64,000 bases of DNA from Thermotogota bacterium (GTDB taxonomy: Bacteria > Thermotogota > Thermotogae > Petrotogales > Kosmotogaceae). Of this stretch, positions 1 to 10,170 are shown one piece after another. The position numbers and the translations under genes were made by a program. The notes below the pieces were generated by a model. The model was not told the DNA's origin, made no database searches, and saw nothing but the letters and a program-made list of their open reading frames with translations. The DNA lies in NCBI GenBank assembly GCA_034660555.1, contig JAYEJL010000165.1:1-64000 (forward strand), read 5' to 3'. Within the stretch, counting starts at the first letter, position 1. Each line of letters starts with the position of its first letter.

Positions 1-1511
1 AAGCTTTCGACTTTTTCTCCTGTTCTACAAACATTATCATATTCAATCAATGTTTCATCAATACAATCATCTTCTGCTATCCATACATAGTAAGCTTTTT
101 TGGGGTCACATTCAGGACCAATAAGATCACCTACTTGAATATCTTCATATTCGTCTATTGTGTATGTTGTGTTTATATTAATAGGTGTAGCATCCTCATC
201 GCCCAGATAAAGATCATAAACACCAAGCAATGCGCTTACTAACGTTGATAAATGTGGTGTAAAGTATTCATCATTAAGGAATCCATATACTCTGATTCTT
301 GGATCTCTAAGGTCTTTATCTACTACAAATTTGTCCTGTTCAGCTTCGTTACCACATTCGTCTACTGCTGTCACATCAAACTCAAACTCAGTACAATCTT
401 CAATATTGTTAAATGTCATTGTTGCTGGAATGGTTGTAACTATTCTATCTCCTGAATCATCTTCTATCCATTCTCCAAATTCTACATCTACTGCTTCGCA
501 GCAAGTTGTAGCATCAAAGTCTATGAGACAATTCTCAGTTACTTTCCATTCTACATACTGGACTTCTTCTGAACAGGCTCCTTTATCTGTAACATACTCA
601 ATCTCTGGTTTCACGTTGTCAATATCAAGTGTTAGTGTTCTTGAAGCCTCATTACCACATTTGTCTGATATGAACATTGTGATTTCTAGTTCCTTACAGT
701 CAATATCTTCAAATGTCCATGTGGCTTGACCATTGGTTAAACAATATTCACCAATGTCACCCAGTTCATAATCAACTTCGCCTTCGTTAACTTCAAATCT
801 AAGTGAGTTTACATCAATAGCTGTTTCATCACAAACGCCAAATTCTATTACAGTAGAAGTCGCATTACATTCAGGCATTTCATAAAATTCCATTAATGAA
901 ATTTGAGGAAGTATTTCATCAGTTTTTAATATGTAGACACCAGTTGTTTTTGTATTACTCTCATCCTCATTTTCTGCAAGAACTTTCAACTCATAATTCT
1001 TATTTTCAGTAAGATCAGGCGCTTCAAATGTTACTGTGTAAATATCCCCTGATTTAACTTCATCAATTGGCTCAATAGGTGTTTCCTCATCTTTCTGCAA
1101 TAAAAAAGTTACTGTAGACGCATCACTAACTTCAACTACGACATCAAACTTCTCATTTCCACAAACATCATCTGGAACACTATCAAACGTTATTGTTGGT
1201 ATTGGGGCTCTTTCTTCAAAATGTGCGGTAACTGATTTTTCCTCGTCCATTACCAAGCTTTCAGGATTTTCTGATCCTGAGAGGTCCCCAGACCATTCAT
1301 CAAATTTCCAGCCTTCTTCAGGTACTGCCGTTAGTGTAACCGTTGTGTCTTTAACATAAGGTCCTTCTGCAGGAGCAAGATTTACATCTCCCTGCCCTTC
1401 TGTAGACACATCAAGCGTAAATTTAGGTTGTGTCAACGGACAGCCCGCTAATAAAAATATAACAAGTACAACGCCTAACAGTGTCGATAATTTCAAGAGT
1501 TTCTTTGCCAC
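1..1511 (-). CDS. Large acidic Cys-containing surface lipoprotein with an InlB-B-repeat-like domain and Ig/HYR-like repeats (3' end runs off the window)
   Basis: Manual translation from GTG at 1511 (G-rich SD upstream): MAKKLLKLSTLLGVVLVIFLLAGC (lipobox LAGC), then FTLDVSTEGQGDV...VTLTAVPEEGWKFDEWSGDLSGSENPESLVMDEEKSVTAHF (divergent InlB B-repeat pattern), then beta-rich repeats with DxCGNE. The frame stays open to the window edge, so the ORF track missed it. Confidence 0.85.
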   Translation of the reverse strand, partial: MAKKLLKLSTLLGVVLVIFLLAGCPLTQPKFTLDVSTEGQGDVNLAPAEGPYVKDTTVTLTAVPEEGWKFDEWSGDLSGSENPESLVMDEEKSVTAHFEERAPIPTITFDSVPDDVCGNEKFDVVVEVSDASTVTFLLQKDEETPIEPIDEVKSGDIYTVTFEAPDLTENKNYELKVLAENEDESNTKTTGVYILKTDEILPQISLMEFYEMPECNATSTVIEFGVCDETAIDVNSLRFEVNEGEVDYELGDIGEYCLTNGQATWTFEDIDCKELEITMFISDKCGNEASRTLTLDIDNVKPEIEYVTDKGACSEEVQYVEWKVTENCLIDFDATTCCEAVDVEFGEWIEDDSGDRIVTTIPATMTFNNIEDCTEFEFDVTAVDECGNEAEQDKFVVDKDLRDPRIRVYGFLNDEYFTPHLSTLVSALLGVYDLYLGDEDATPININTTYTIDEYEDIQVGDLIGPECDPKKAYYVWIAEDDCIDETLIEYDNVCRTGEKVES

Positions 1512-1934
1512 TATACACACCCCCTATAAAGATATGTTCTTTTTTGTTTTCAATAGTGCACATAAGCTCATACATTATATTTAATGCACATCACCATATA
1601 GTGCCAACTCGTAACCTTTGGAGCTATTTCTTAATATGTGTCAATTTGCCTATCAATAGTCTATCACACTGACACCCAAGAAACCAAGTTTCATGAATAA
1701 ATAAGAAATATTATACGCATTATGACTCTAATGATTTTACCATTTCCTAATGTCTGTTTTCAAGCTAAATAGATGTTTACTCATATATTATACCAACTTT
1801 TGCTTCTAAATATAACTCTTTTAAATATTCAGTTTGTTATTGCTCTTGTTATTTTTTATCATGATTTATTGTATATCTCTTATAGATTGGATTTCTAAAA
1901 GGCTTATTAATAAAAGCATATAGGATTACATATT

Positions 1935-2255
1935 CTATTCATTTTTTTCAGTGTTAAGAATTTCTTTGTATTTCCTGTCAATCTCTTCTTTTTTATTTTC
2001 TACCGCTGATAATTTTTCTTTACAAAGCGAAAGTAATTCCATGGCTTTCTCGTAAAGCTCCAGGGCTTCTTCTATGTCTATGCTGTCTCTGTTGAAATCG
2101 TAAAACTCTGAGATTCTTTCTACAAGCTTTAGAGCTATTGAGAAGCTCAATGATTCAATCTGCTTGCTTTCAAGATTTTTAACCAGTTTTTTTATCTCCT
2201 GAAATTCCATTTCTTCAATTTTTTCGAGATTTATTTCTGGTTTTTTCGTTGCCAT
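1935..2255 (-). CDS. xseB: Exodeoxyribonuclease VII small subunit (N-terminally extended)
   Basis: SFSIALKLVERI...IDIEEALELYEKAMELLSLCKEKL matches the XseB pattern; directly downstream of xseA. Confidence 0.85.
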   Translation of the reverse strand: MATKKPEINLEKIEEMEFQEIKKLVKNLESKQIESLSFSIALKLVERISEFYDFNRDSIDIEEALELYEKAMELLSLCKEKLSAVENKKEEIDRKYKEILNTEKNE

Positions 2256-2291
2256 GGCAGCTCCTTTCTGTTACTTTTTCTTTAAATCTCT

Positions 2292-3803
2292 TTAGTTTTT
2301 GTTCTTTTTATGCTTCTCTTTAACCTCAGACAGTAATGAACCATCTTTAAGCACTACTTCAATATTATCACCTTTGTTTATTTCAGCAATGCTTTCGATT
2401 CTGTTGTTATTTATATCCGAAACAATTGCCATTCCTTTGATGACATTAAATGGATTAAGCAGTACCGCAGTTGATTTACTGGAAGTAAGTTTTCGTTGAG
2501 TATCATTTATGATTCTATCAAAATTGTTTTCCAGTTTGTTTATGATATTTTGAAAACTTTTATGTCTTTCAATAATTAGTCTATCAAAATCAAAGGGGCG
2601 AACCTGTAAAAATTCGTATGGTCTTGATATTTCATTATCTAATTTGAATGACATATTCCTTGCTGTTTTTGATGACATTCGGTAATCATTTCTAATACCA
2701 TAAAACAACTCGTTAATATTTACAAAAAGGTTTCGTTCTTCTTTTTGAATGATGTTTTTTTCTGTTTCAAGTCGTCTGCTAAAACTCAAAAATCGCCTTT
2801 TGAAGTAATCTAACTGTTTATAATAATCACTCACATATCTGTCAATACCGTAATCCAAAACATCAGAAAGCGCTCTCTGTAAATTTCCTGATTTTTCTGA
2901 AAATAGTTCTGAATAGGTTTCTTTAACTTTATCTATTAGTTCCTCAGTAGAATCAACAAAATGATTTATTGTATTCGCGATTTCGCTTCCCGCTGCTGTC
3001 GGTGTTTCCTTTGATATGGTGGCAACAAGATCGAGCAGGGATTTATCCTCGGTATGTCCTATACCCACAAGAACGGGAATTTTTGAACTTATCACCGCTC
3101 TTGCAAGTTTTTCATCTTCAAGGTAAAGCAATCCACCCTGACCACCGCCGCCCCTGACAATGACAATTAAATCGTAATCAATTTCGTTGGCTTTCTTTAT
3201 TGCTTCAGTTATCTGTTCCGCTGAAGCAGTACTCTCAACGCTAACAGTATAAAACTTAAATTCAGGTAAAACAGCGCTTCTGTAAATGTTATGAAATAGA
3301 TCACTTATCCCTCTTGTGTTGGGAGAGCCTATTATGGCAAGTTTAAGTGGTGGATTCTCAAGCTCTATTAAAGATTCTATTTGCTCAACGGGAAAAAGTC
3401 CTTCTTTTTCAAGTTTACCTAATATGTGTTTTCTTCGCTGTTCGATAGCACCTTTTCCAGAAGGTAATATTTCAATTAACTCTATTACATAACGATTTTG
3501 GGTTACCCTGAATCTCAAAAATCCTCTTACCATGTATTCCTGTCCTTCCATTTCAGAAGGTTGATGGATTCCAAGGTTTTCCAGCACATTGGTTGCATTT
3601 TCTATCTGACAGCTTATCTGATAGTTGAAGCTATTTCCATAGAAGCTTTTTACGGTTTCAACAACTTCCAGGTAAAGCTTTCCATAGCCTTCCCGGGCAT
3701 TTCTTATCTCCCCTGAAAGCTGCACATCTTCTTTGAAAGCTTCTTCTGAAATATCTCTGATTGTCTTCATGAGTTCAGCTACACCGGTAAATTGTAAACT
3801 CAT
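2292..3803 (-). CDS. xseA: Exodeoxyribonuclease VII large subunit
   Basis: N-terminal OB-fold-like region, IVRGGG, GIGHTED, ETPTAA, helical region, C-terminal LKDG motif; GGAGG SD. Confidence 0.9.
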   Translation of the reverse strand: MSLQFTGVAELMKTIRDISEEAFKEDVQLSGEIRNAREGYGKLYLEVVETVKSFYGNSFNYQISCQIENATNVLENLGIHQPSEMEGQEYMVRGFLRFRVTQNRYVIELIEILPSGKGAIEQRRKHILGKLEKEGLFPVEQIESLIELENPPLKLAIIGSPNTRGISDLFHNIYRSAVLPEFKFYTVSVESTASAEQITEAIKKANEIDYDLIVIVRGGGGQGGLLYLEDEKLARAVISSKIPVLVGIGHTEDKSLLDLVATISKETPTAAGSEIANTINHFVDSTEELIDKVKETYSELFSEKSGNLQRALSDVLDYGIDRYVSDYYKQLDYFKRRFLSFSRRLETEKNIIQKEERNLFVNINELFYGIRNDYRMSSKTARNMSFKLDNEISRPYEFLQVRPFDFDRLIIERHKSFQNIINKLENNFDRIINDTQRKLTSSKSTAVLLNPFNVIKGMAIVSDINNNRIESIAEINKGDNIEVVLKDGSLLSEVKEKHKKNKN

Positions 3804-3881
3804 TTAATACCTCCTTAAACGATGGTATCACATAAAAATAAAATAATGTTGTAAAATACACAGAGAGACGGAGGTGAATAT

Positions 3882-4226
3882 ATGTTCAGAGTAATGTATA
3901 AATCTAAAATACATAGGGCAAGGATAACGGAGAAAGAACTCTATTATGAAGGCAGCATAACAATCGATGAAAATCTTATGGAATTAGCCGGCATAAGAGA
4001 AAACGAGATGGTTCAGGTTGTAAACCTTGAAAACGGTTCTCGTTTTGAAACCTATGTTATTAAAGGAGAATACGGTTCGGGAATTATCGGTCTGAACGGT
4101 CCCGCGGCAAGGCTGGGGGAAATCGGGGATGAAATTATTATAATATCCTATGGCATTTTCAGTGAAGAGGAAATTGAAAAACCCAGGGTAGTTCACGTTG
4201 ATGAAAACAACAAACCTGTAAAATGA
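3882..4226 (+). CDS. panD: Aspartate 1-decarboxylase (pyruvoyl enzyme)
   Basis: [15 protein letters not shown] self-cleavage site, [24 protein letters not shown]. Confidence 0.97.
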   Translation: MFRVMYKSKIHRARITEKELYYEGSITIDENLMELAGIRENEMVQVVNLENGSRFETYVIKGEYGSGIIGLNGPAARLGEIGDEIIIISYGIFSEEEIEKPRVVHVDENNKPVK

Positions 4227-5500
4227 GTATTCTGGGTATTGTCGTTGAATACAATCCCTTTCATAATGGACACGCTTACCATCTAAAGCAATCCAGAAAA
4301 ACAACAAATCCTGAATTGACTGTCGCTGTTATGAGCGGAAATTTCGTCCAGCGCGGTGAACCTGCAATAACTGAGAAATTCGCCAGAACAGAGATGGCAC
4401 TTAAAGCTGGAGTTGATCTTGTTATTCAGCTACCACTAATCTATTCCATTCAGGATGCAGGAGGATTCGCAAGGGGTTCGGTGTGGCTGCTTGATTATCT
4501 CGGTGTCACAGATATGGTTTTTGGTAGCGAATCTGGCAATCTGGACTTACTGAACGAAGTAGCTTCTGTACTGGTAGAAGAACCAGAAGTATACCTAACA
4601 TTACTTAGAAAATATCTTGATGAAGGTTTTTCATTTCCAAATGCGAGAAAGTTTGCCATTAGAGACTACTTAACGGGAAATGACGATAGTCCTGCCATGT
4701 CCATTGAAGAAATTGGCAGTTCAAACAATATCCTTGGACTGGAATACATACGCTCATTAAAGGAACTTAAAAGCAAAATAAAACCCCATCTTATCAAAAG
4801 AATCGGAGCTCATTATCATGATGAGAAGCATCACGAAACCTACTCAAGCGCTACCGCTATAAGAAATAGCATAATAAAAGAAGATTGGAAAAAGGTAAAA
4901 TCTGGTGTTCCCGATTATTCTTACGGGATAATACACAGAGAACTGGAGAATGGAAAAGGACCTGTTTCGATCGAATCCATGGAAAGCTTCCTTTTACCCT
5001 TTTTGAGAACGTTTAATCGGGATGAAATGAAAAAATATTATGGTTTTGTTGAGGGGCTTGATGCTCGTTTCGAAGAATGCGCGTCTAACAGCGCAACGAT
5101 TAATGAGTTTTTCAGCTGTGTGAAAGCAAAACGGTTCACCTACACCCGCATTAAAAGGCTTTTACTGAATCTGGTATTTCATATGAAAGATGAATTAATC
5201 AGAAAAAGCCATGATAAAGGCCCTCAATACATTCGCGTCCTTGGCTTCAACGAAAAGGGAAGAGAATATCTTTCTGAAATCAAAAAAGAGCTCAAGATTC
5301 CATTACTCGCAACTCCTTCTCACTGGGCAAAGGTCCTAAAGACATCTGAAAAATCCGGGGAAATAGATTCTGATCTCTTTTTTCAACAGTTCATGCTCGA
5401 TATAAAAGAAACGGAAATTCATTCGTGTTTCTACAAAGACAAAACGCTTATTCGCGAGACATCAGAACTTAAGAGTCGCCCTTTATATATGAGGAGTTGA
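4223..5500 (+). CDS. tmcAL: tRNA(Met) cytidine acetate ligase (YlbM/UPF0348, HIGH-motif nucleotidyltransferase)
   Basis: [55 protein letters not shown]. Confidence 0.9.
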   Translation: MSILGIVVEYNPFHNGHAYHLKQSRKTTNPELTVAVMSGNFVQRGEPAITEKFARTEMALKAGVDLVIQLPLIYSIQDAGGFARGSVWLLDYLGVTDMVFGSESGNLDLLNEVASVLVEEPEVYLTLLRKYLDEGFSFPNARKFAIRDYLTGNDDSPAMSIEEIGSSNNILGLEYIRSLKELKSKIKPHLIKRIGAHYHDEKHHETYSSATAIRNSIIKEDWKKVKSGVPDYSYGIIHRELENGKGPVSIESMESFLLPFLRTFNRDEMKKYYGFVEGLDARFEECASNSATINEFFSCVKAKRFTYTRIKRLLLNLVFHMKDELIRKSHDKGPQYIRVLGFNEKGREYLSEIKKELKIPLLATPSHWAKVLKTSEKSGEIDSDLFFQQFMLDIKETEIHSCFYKDKTLIRETSELKSRPLYMRS

Positions 5501-5522
5501 TCTTATTAAAAAATACATTGAT

Positions 5523-7799
5523 GTGGCAATATCAAACAGCCCGCTTCTTGATACGTTCACATATCATACCGAAATGGAACTTCTGCCCGGTGAAAGGGTC
5601 ATGGTCAATTTTGCCGGAAGGAACATCATTGCTTACGTTACCGATATCGATGTTGAAAAACCATCATTCAAAACAAAAACTGTAATGAAAAAAATCGATA
5701 TCAGGCGCTTTTTAGGTGATAAAGATGTAAAGCTCGCCAAAAGAGCAATTGATGAATTTTTGGCACCACCGGGAAAAATATTTGATCTCTTTTTTCCACC
5801 TGGAAAATTTTTAAAGACAAAGACATTTGTTATACCTAAAGAAGATAGTTTACCTTTTGATAAACCAATGTCCCTTGAAAAGGCATATGAAAAATACAAT
5901 AAGGAGCAGATCAAAAAATGGAAGGACAGCAAAAAGGTCAAGCTATCTCACAGCTTTGAAAAAAAGATAACGAAAACGAAGAAAAGGGAAAAAGTGGTCA
6001 GACTCAGCGCGAGCCTTTCCGAAATTGAACGCTCTGATCTGACAGTTCTACAGAAGAAAGTCGTTGATCATTTGTTTGGAGTAACAAAGGAAACCCCAAA
6101 GAACATTGAAGACAAACTGAATTTGAAGAGTCGTTCACCCATAAACACACTGCTAAAAAAAGGACTGATTGAAAAAACAGAAACTGATTCACCCGATGAA
6201 TGGGAAATAGCACCTGTTGAAAAGCTCAATAAAGAGCAAACCAAGATAAATAGAAAAATACTTGAAAACCCCGATATTCCCCACCTTATTCATGGTTTTA
6301 CCGGCACGGGCAAAACTGAGGTCTATTTCAAGGTAATGGAGTATTACCTAAACAAAGGTAAAAGCGCTTTGTATATGGTGCCCGAGGTTGCCCTTACACC
6401 ACAGTTACTCGCGAGAATCAGGGGAACATTTCCGGGTAGAGAAGTCAGACAATATCACAGTTATCTAACACCTTCGGTGCGAAGAAATGTGTGGCTGGAT
6501 GCCTTTGAAGGCAATATAGATATTCTTGTGGGAACAAGGAGTTCGCTATGGGTACCCATGAAGAATACGGGCATAATCGTTGTGGATGAAGAACATGACA
6601 GCAGCTTCTACCAGCATATCCCTCCACATTACAATGCAGTTGATGTTGCACTTTTTAAAAGTGATATTCTCAATATACCCATTATTCTTGGCTCTGCCAC
6701 ACCCAGAATAACCCATTACCACATGGCAAACAACAAAGCAATGCTGTTGCACGAGCTTAAAGAACGTCCGGTGGGAAGAATGCCCGAACTGGAAATTGTT
6801 GATATGACGGAGGAAAAGGACAATTATCTCCTGTCTTCCAAGGCTAAAACATCTATAAAGGAAACACTTGAAAAGGGAAATCAGGTCTTTGCTTTTGTTA
6901 ACCGAAAAGGATTTTCTAACTACATTGTGTGTATGGATTGCGGTCATGTCGTTCATTGCCCCAACTGCGATATCTCAATGACCTACCACAAGAAGGACGG
7001 AATTGTTAAGTGCCATTACTGTGGATATAAAACACTTCCGCCAACAAGATGTGAACAATGTGGCTCAAAATTCCTTTCTGCCAGGGGTTTTGGTACTGAA
7101 CGCATTGAACACGAATTACAAAAGGAATATCCTGATTACAACATTATGAGAATGGACAGGGAAACCATTTCCAATCCCACTGAATATGAAAAGGCCTTAC
7201 GCAAGATAGAAAGTGGCGATGCACAGATTATTGTAGGCACAAAAATGATATCAAAGGGACTTGATTTTCCCGATGTAGGATTGGTAATCGTCGTTGATAC
7301 GGACCGTCTCATAAACCTTCCCAGTTATGATTCAACAGAAAATGCATTTCAGGTCATCTCTCAGGTCTCAGGTCGGTCAGGTCGGGGCACCATGGGGAAA
7401 TCGCTTATTCAGACATTCAACCCCAAACACAGGGTAATAAAATTGTCCATATCCAATGACTTCAGGTCCTTTTATGAATCCGAACTTCCGGTAAGAAATG
7501 AGCTTGATTATCCTCCATTTTCGAAACTTGTTGAACTTGTAATTGAGGAGCAAACAGAAAGAAAATGTCAGCAAAACACCGGTAGATTGCATAGCATTAT
7601 CAAAGAACACTTTGACGATGGTTATGGAGAACTTTTACCTCCCGTGGTGCCTGTGGTAAAAAAGCTTTCAAATCGCTACAGAAGAAAGATTTACATTAAA
7701 CTTAAAGAGAAGAACTTTTTGAGAGTTTTAAAGGATATAATCATAAAGTCAAATATCAATGTTGACGTGCTTATCGATAATATAGGAAGTCTACTATAA
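5523..7799 (+). CDS. priA: Primosomal protein N' (replication restart helicase)
   Basis: Walker A GFTGTGKTEVY, VPEVALTPQ, DEEHD, two Zn modules (CMDC..CPNC, CHYC..CEQC), QVSGRSGR, YPPF. Confidence 0.95.
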   Translation: MAISNSPLLDTFTYHTEMELLPGERVMVNFAGRNIIAYVTDIDVEKPSFKTKTVMKKIDIRRFLGDKDVKLAKRAIDEFLAPPGKIFDLFFPPGKFLKTKTFVIPKEDSLPFDKPMSLEKAYEKYNKEQIKKWKDSKKVKLSHSFEKKITKTKKREKVVRLSASLSEIERSDLTVLQKKVVDHLFGVTKETPKNIEDKLNLKSRSPINTLLKKGLIEKTETDSPDEWEIAPVEKLNKEQTKINRKILENPDIPHLIHGFTGTGKTEVYFKVMEYYLNKGKSALYMVPEVALTPQLLARIRGTFPGREVRQYHSYLTPSVRRNVWLDAFEGNIDILVGTRSSLWVPMKNTGIIVVDEEHDSSFYQHIPPHYNAVDVALFKSDILNIPIILGSATPRITHYHMANNKAMLLHELKERPVGRMPELEIVDMTEEKDNYLLSSKAKTSIKETLEKGNQVFAFVNRKGFSNYIVCMDCGHVVHCPNCDISMTYHKKDGIVKCHYCGYKTLPPTRCEQCGSKFLSARGFGTERIEHELQKEYPDYNIMRMDRETISNPTEYEKALRKIESGDAQIIVGTKMISKGLDFPDVGLVIVVDTDRLINLPSYDSTENAFQVISQVSGRSGRGTMGKSLIQTFNPKHRVIKLSISNDFRSFYESELPVRNELDYPPFSKLVELVIEEQTERKCQQNTGRLHSIIKEHFDDGYGELLPPVVPVVKKLSNRYRRKIYIKLKEKNFLRVLKDIIIKSNINVDVLIDNIGSLL

Positions 7800-7840
7800 A
7801 ACATCTATTCATTAGTTAAAGTGGAAAAAACTTTAATTAA

Positions 7841-7867
7841 AAAAGCGGGATATCACATCCCGCTTTT
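7841..7867. terminator. Bidirectional intrinsic terminator between priA and oppF
   Basis: AAAAGCGGGAT-ATCAC-ATCCCGCTTTT hairpin with A/T tracts on both sides, between convergent genes. Confidence 0.85.
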
Positions 7868-7912
7868 CTTCTTAATTATTTTAAATAACTATTATTTATA
7901 AACAACAAAATG

Positions 7913-9133
7913 TTATCTTTTCATTTCTCCTGCAAAATGACAGGCTACTTTATGACCATCTTCTATTTCTACTAAAGGCGGTTCTTCCTTGGAACAAATT
8001 TCTTTGGCTATCGGGCAGCGTGTATGGAATCTGCATCCTGAAGGTGGATTGATAGGACTTGGAACGTCGCCTTTAAGTACAATTCGTTTGCTCTTCTTTT
8101 CAGGATCAGGTATCGGAATTGCTGACATCAGTGAAACCGTGTAGGGATGCATTGGTTTTGCAAAAAGTTCATCTTTTGAAGCCAGTTCCACAATTTTTCC
8201 GAGATACATAACCGCGATTCTGTCACTGACATGTCTTATAACTGACAGGTCATGGGCTATAAACAGGAAGGTCAAGCCGAATTGCTCCTGAAGGTCATTA
8301 AGAATATTCAAAACCTGTGCCTGAATGGAAACATCCAGCGCTGAAACAGCTTCGTCAGCGATAATAATGTCCGGGTTTAATACCAGAGCTCTTGCTATTC
8401 CTATCCTTTGTCTCTGCCCACCACTAAATTCATGCGGAAAGCGTGACATATGTTCGGTAGAAAGACCAACTGTTTTCAATAGATCAGCAGCCTTCTTCAA
8501 CGCCTCTTTCCTTGTGGCCTGTTTATGTATAATGGCAGCTTCTGAGATAATGTTCTTTACTCTCATTCTCGGATTTAATGATGAATATGGATCCTGAAAT
8601 ATGAACTGGGCCTCTCTTCTGAAAGCTTTCCTCTTATCTTCTCTTTTTGACAACATTTCTTTCATGAAATCTGAACCGGATCCATTATGCTTTTCAAAAT
8701 ATTGTCTTACCATTTTTTTATCAAATTCATTTTCAAGGCTCTTTATAGCTGAATCAGTTGACCCAGCTTTTTCTTTAAGGTCATCAAATCTATTTACATA
8801 TGTTTCTTTCAAATATTTTCGAGCTCTGAAAAATGGCATGAAATAATATGTTGTGTCTTTTCCTTCGACGATAATTCGACCGGATGTTGTTTCGTGTAAC
8901 CTTAAAAGTGTCATCCCGACAGTTGTTTTTCCACAACCTGATTCTCCAACCAGTCCAAGTGTTTCTCTTGGGTATATTTCAAAACTCACATCATCAACAG
9001 CTCTAACATAATCAACTACACGTCTAAATACACCGGCTCTTACTGGAAAATACTTCACGAGGTTTTCTACCTGAAGGAGAGGTTTGCTCCTATCTCTGCC
9101 CATTTTGAGTTCCGTTCGTTTGTCCTCTGTCAT
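7913..9133 (-). CDS. oppF: Oligopeptide/dipeptide ABC ATPase with an internal insertion
   Basis: [36 protein letters not shown]-terminal GCRFHTRC...C...CH. Confidence 0.92.
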   Translation of the reverse strand: MTEDKRTELKMGRDRSKPLLQVENLVKYFPVRAGVFRRVVDYVRAVDDVSFEIYPRETLGLVGESGCGKTTVGMTLLRLHETTSGRIIVEGKDTTYYFMPFFRARKYLKETYVNRFDDLKEKAGSTDSAIKSLENEFDKKMVRQYFEKHNGSGSDFMKEMLSKREDKRKAFRREAQFIFQDPYSSLNPRMRVKNIISEAAIIHKQATRKEALKKAADLLKTVGLSTEHMSRFPHEFSGGQRQRIGIARALVLNPDIIIADEAVSALDVSIQAQVLNILNDLQEQFGLTFLFIAHDLSVIRHVSDRIAVMYLGKIVELASKDELFAKPMHPYTVSLMSAIPIPDPEKKSKRIVLKGDVPSPINPPSGCRFHTRCPIAKEICSKEEPPLVEIEDGHKVACHFAGEMKR

Positions 9134-10158
9134 GCACTTTCACCTTCTCTGACCCTTTTGATTTCTTCGAGTAATTTATCTATATGCCAGCACGCAGCAA
9201 AATGCTTTTCTCCAACTTCTTCAAGAGGCGGTTCCTCAGTTTTGCATTTATCAGTAGCGTGAGGACACCGTGTACTGAATCTACACCCTTCAGGAAAATC
9301 GAGAGGATTTGGAACAATACCCGGAATATTATAAAGCTTTTCTTTTTCTTCATCAAGGCGAGGAATTGCATTCATTAATCCCCAGCTATATGGATGTCTT
9401 GGCTCTTTGAACAGTGTATTAACATCTGCGTATTCAACTACCTTTCCTGCATACATTACAACTACTCTGTCCGTTACTTCCGCTATAACACCAAGGTCAT
9501 GGGTGATCATTATAATTGACATTCCATATTCATTTTGAAGTTCTTTCATCAACTCAAGTATTTGGGCCTGAATTGTAACGTCAAGAGCTGTTGTTGGCTC
9601 ATCGGCAAACAACAATTTGGGATTACACGAAAGAGACATAGCAATCATGGCTCTCTGTCTCATCCCACCTGATAGCTCATGAGGATATTCGTCGACCCTT
9701 TTCCCAGGTTCAGGAATGCCAACCCTTTGTAACATATCAACGGCAAGCTCCCTGGCTTTTTTCTCGTTTACATCCTGATGTAGTAAAATGGCTTCCATGA
9801 TCTGATCTCCCACAGTATAAACAGGGTTCAAAGCAGTCATAGGTTCCTGAAAAATCATAGCCATCTCATTACCACGAAGTTTTCTCATTTTATTTTCAGG
9901 GATAGATAAAACATTCATATTATCAAATTCTATTTCACCACCTGCAATTTCGCCTTTTTCATCTAGTAGTCTCATTATGGATAGGGCGGTAACACTTTTA
10001 CCACAACCAGATTCTCCAACTATTCCAAGGGTTTCACCGGGATAAACTTCGAAGCTTACTCCATCAACAGCCTTAACAATACCATCTTCAGTATGAAAAT
10101 AGGTTCTCAGGTCTTTTACACTAAGAAGTGGTTTTTTATGATTGTTATTATTATTCAC
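9130..10158 (-). CDS. oppD: Oligopeptide/dipeptide ABC ATPase
   Basis: [35 protein letters not shown]-terminal Cys motif. Confidence 0.93.
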   Translation of the reverse strand: MNNNNNHKKPLLSVKDLRTYFHTEDGIVKAVDGVSFEVYPGETLGIVGESGCGKSVTALSIMRLLDEKGEIAGGEIEFDNMNVLSIPENKMRKLRGNEMAMIFQEPMTALNPVYTVGDQIMEAILLHQDVNEKKARELAVDMLQRVGIPEPGKRVDEYPHELSGGMRQRAMIAMSLSCNPKLLFADEPTTALDVTIQAQILELMKELQNEYGMSIIMITHDLGVIAEVTDRVVVMYAGKVVEYADVNTLFKEPRHPYSWGLMNAIPRLDEEKEKLYNIPGIVPNPLDFPEGCRFSTRCPHATDKCKTEEPPLEEVGEKHFAACWHIDKLLEEIKRVREGESA

Positions 10159-10170
10159 TACAAATCCCCC

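Noticed and set aside
252..729. Plus-strand ORFs 252..455 and 331..729 (Ser-rich)
   Set aside because: Antisense shadows of the minus-strand lipoprotein gene; no SD or recognisable motifs.
1590..1660. Possible sigma54 promoter (TTGGCAC) or c-di-GMP-I riboswitch (GGCAAA) on the minus strand
   Set aside because: No TTGC at the -12 position, and no GAAA-capped stem or GACGCAAA element.
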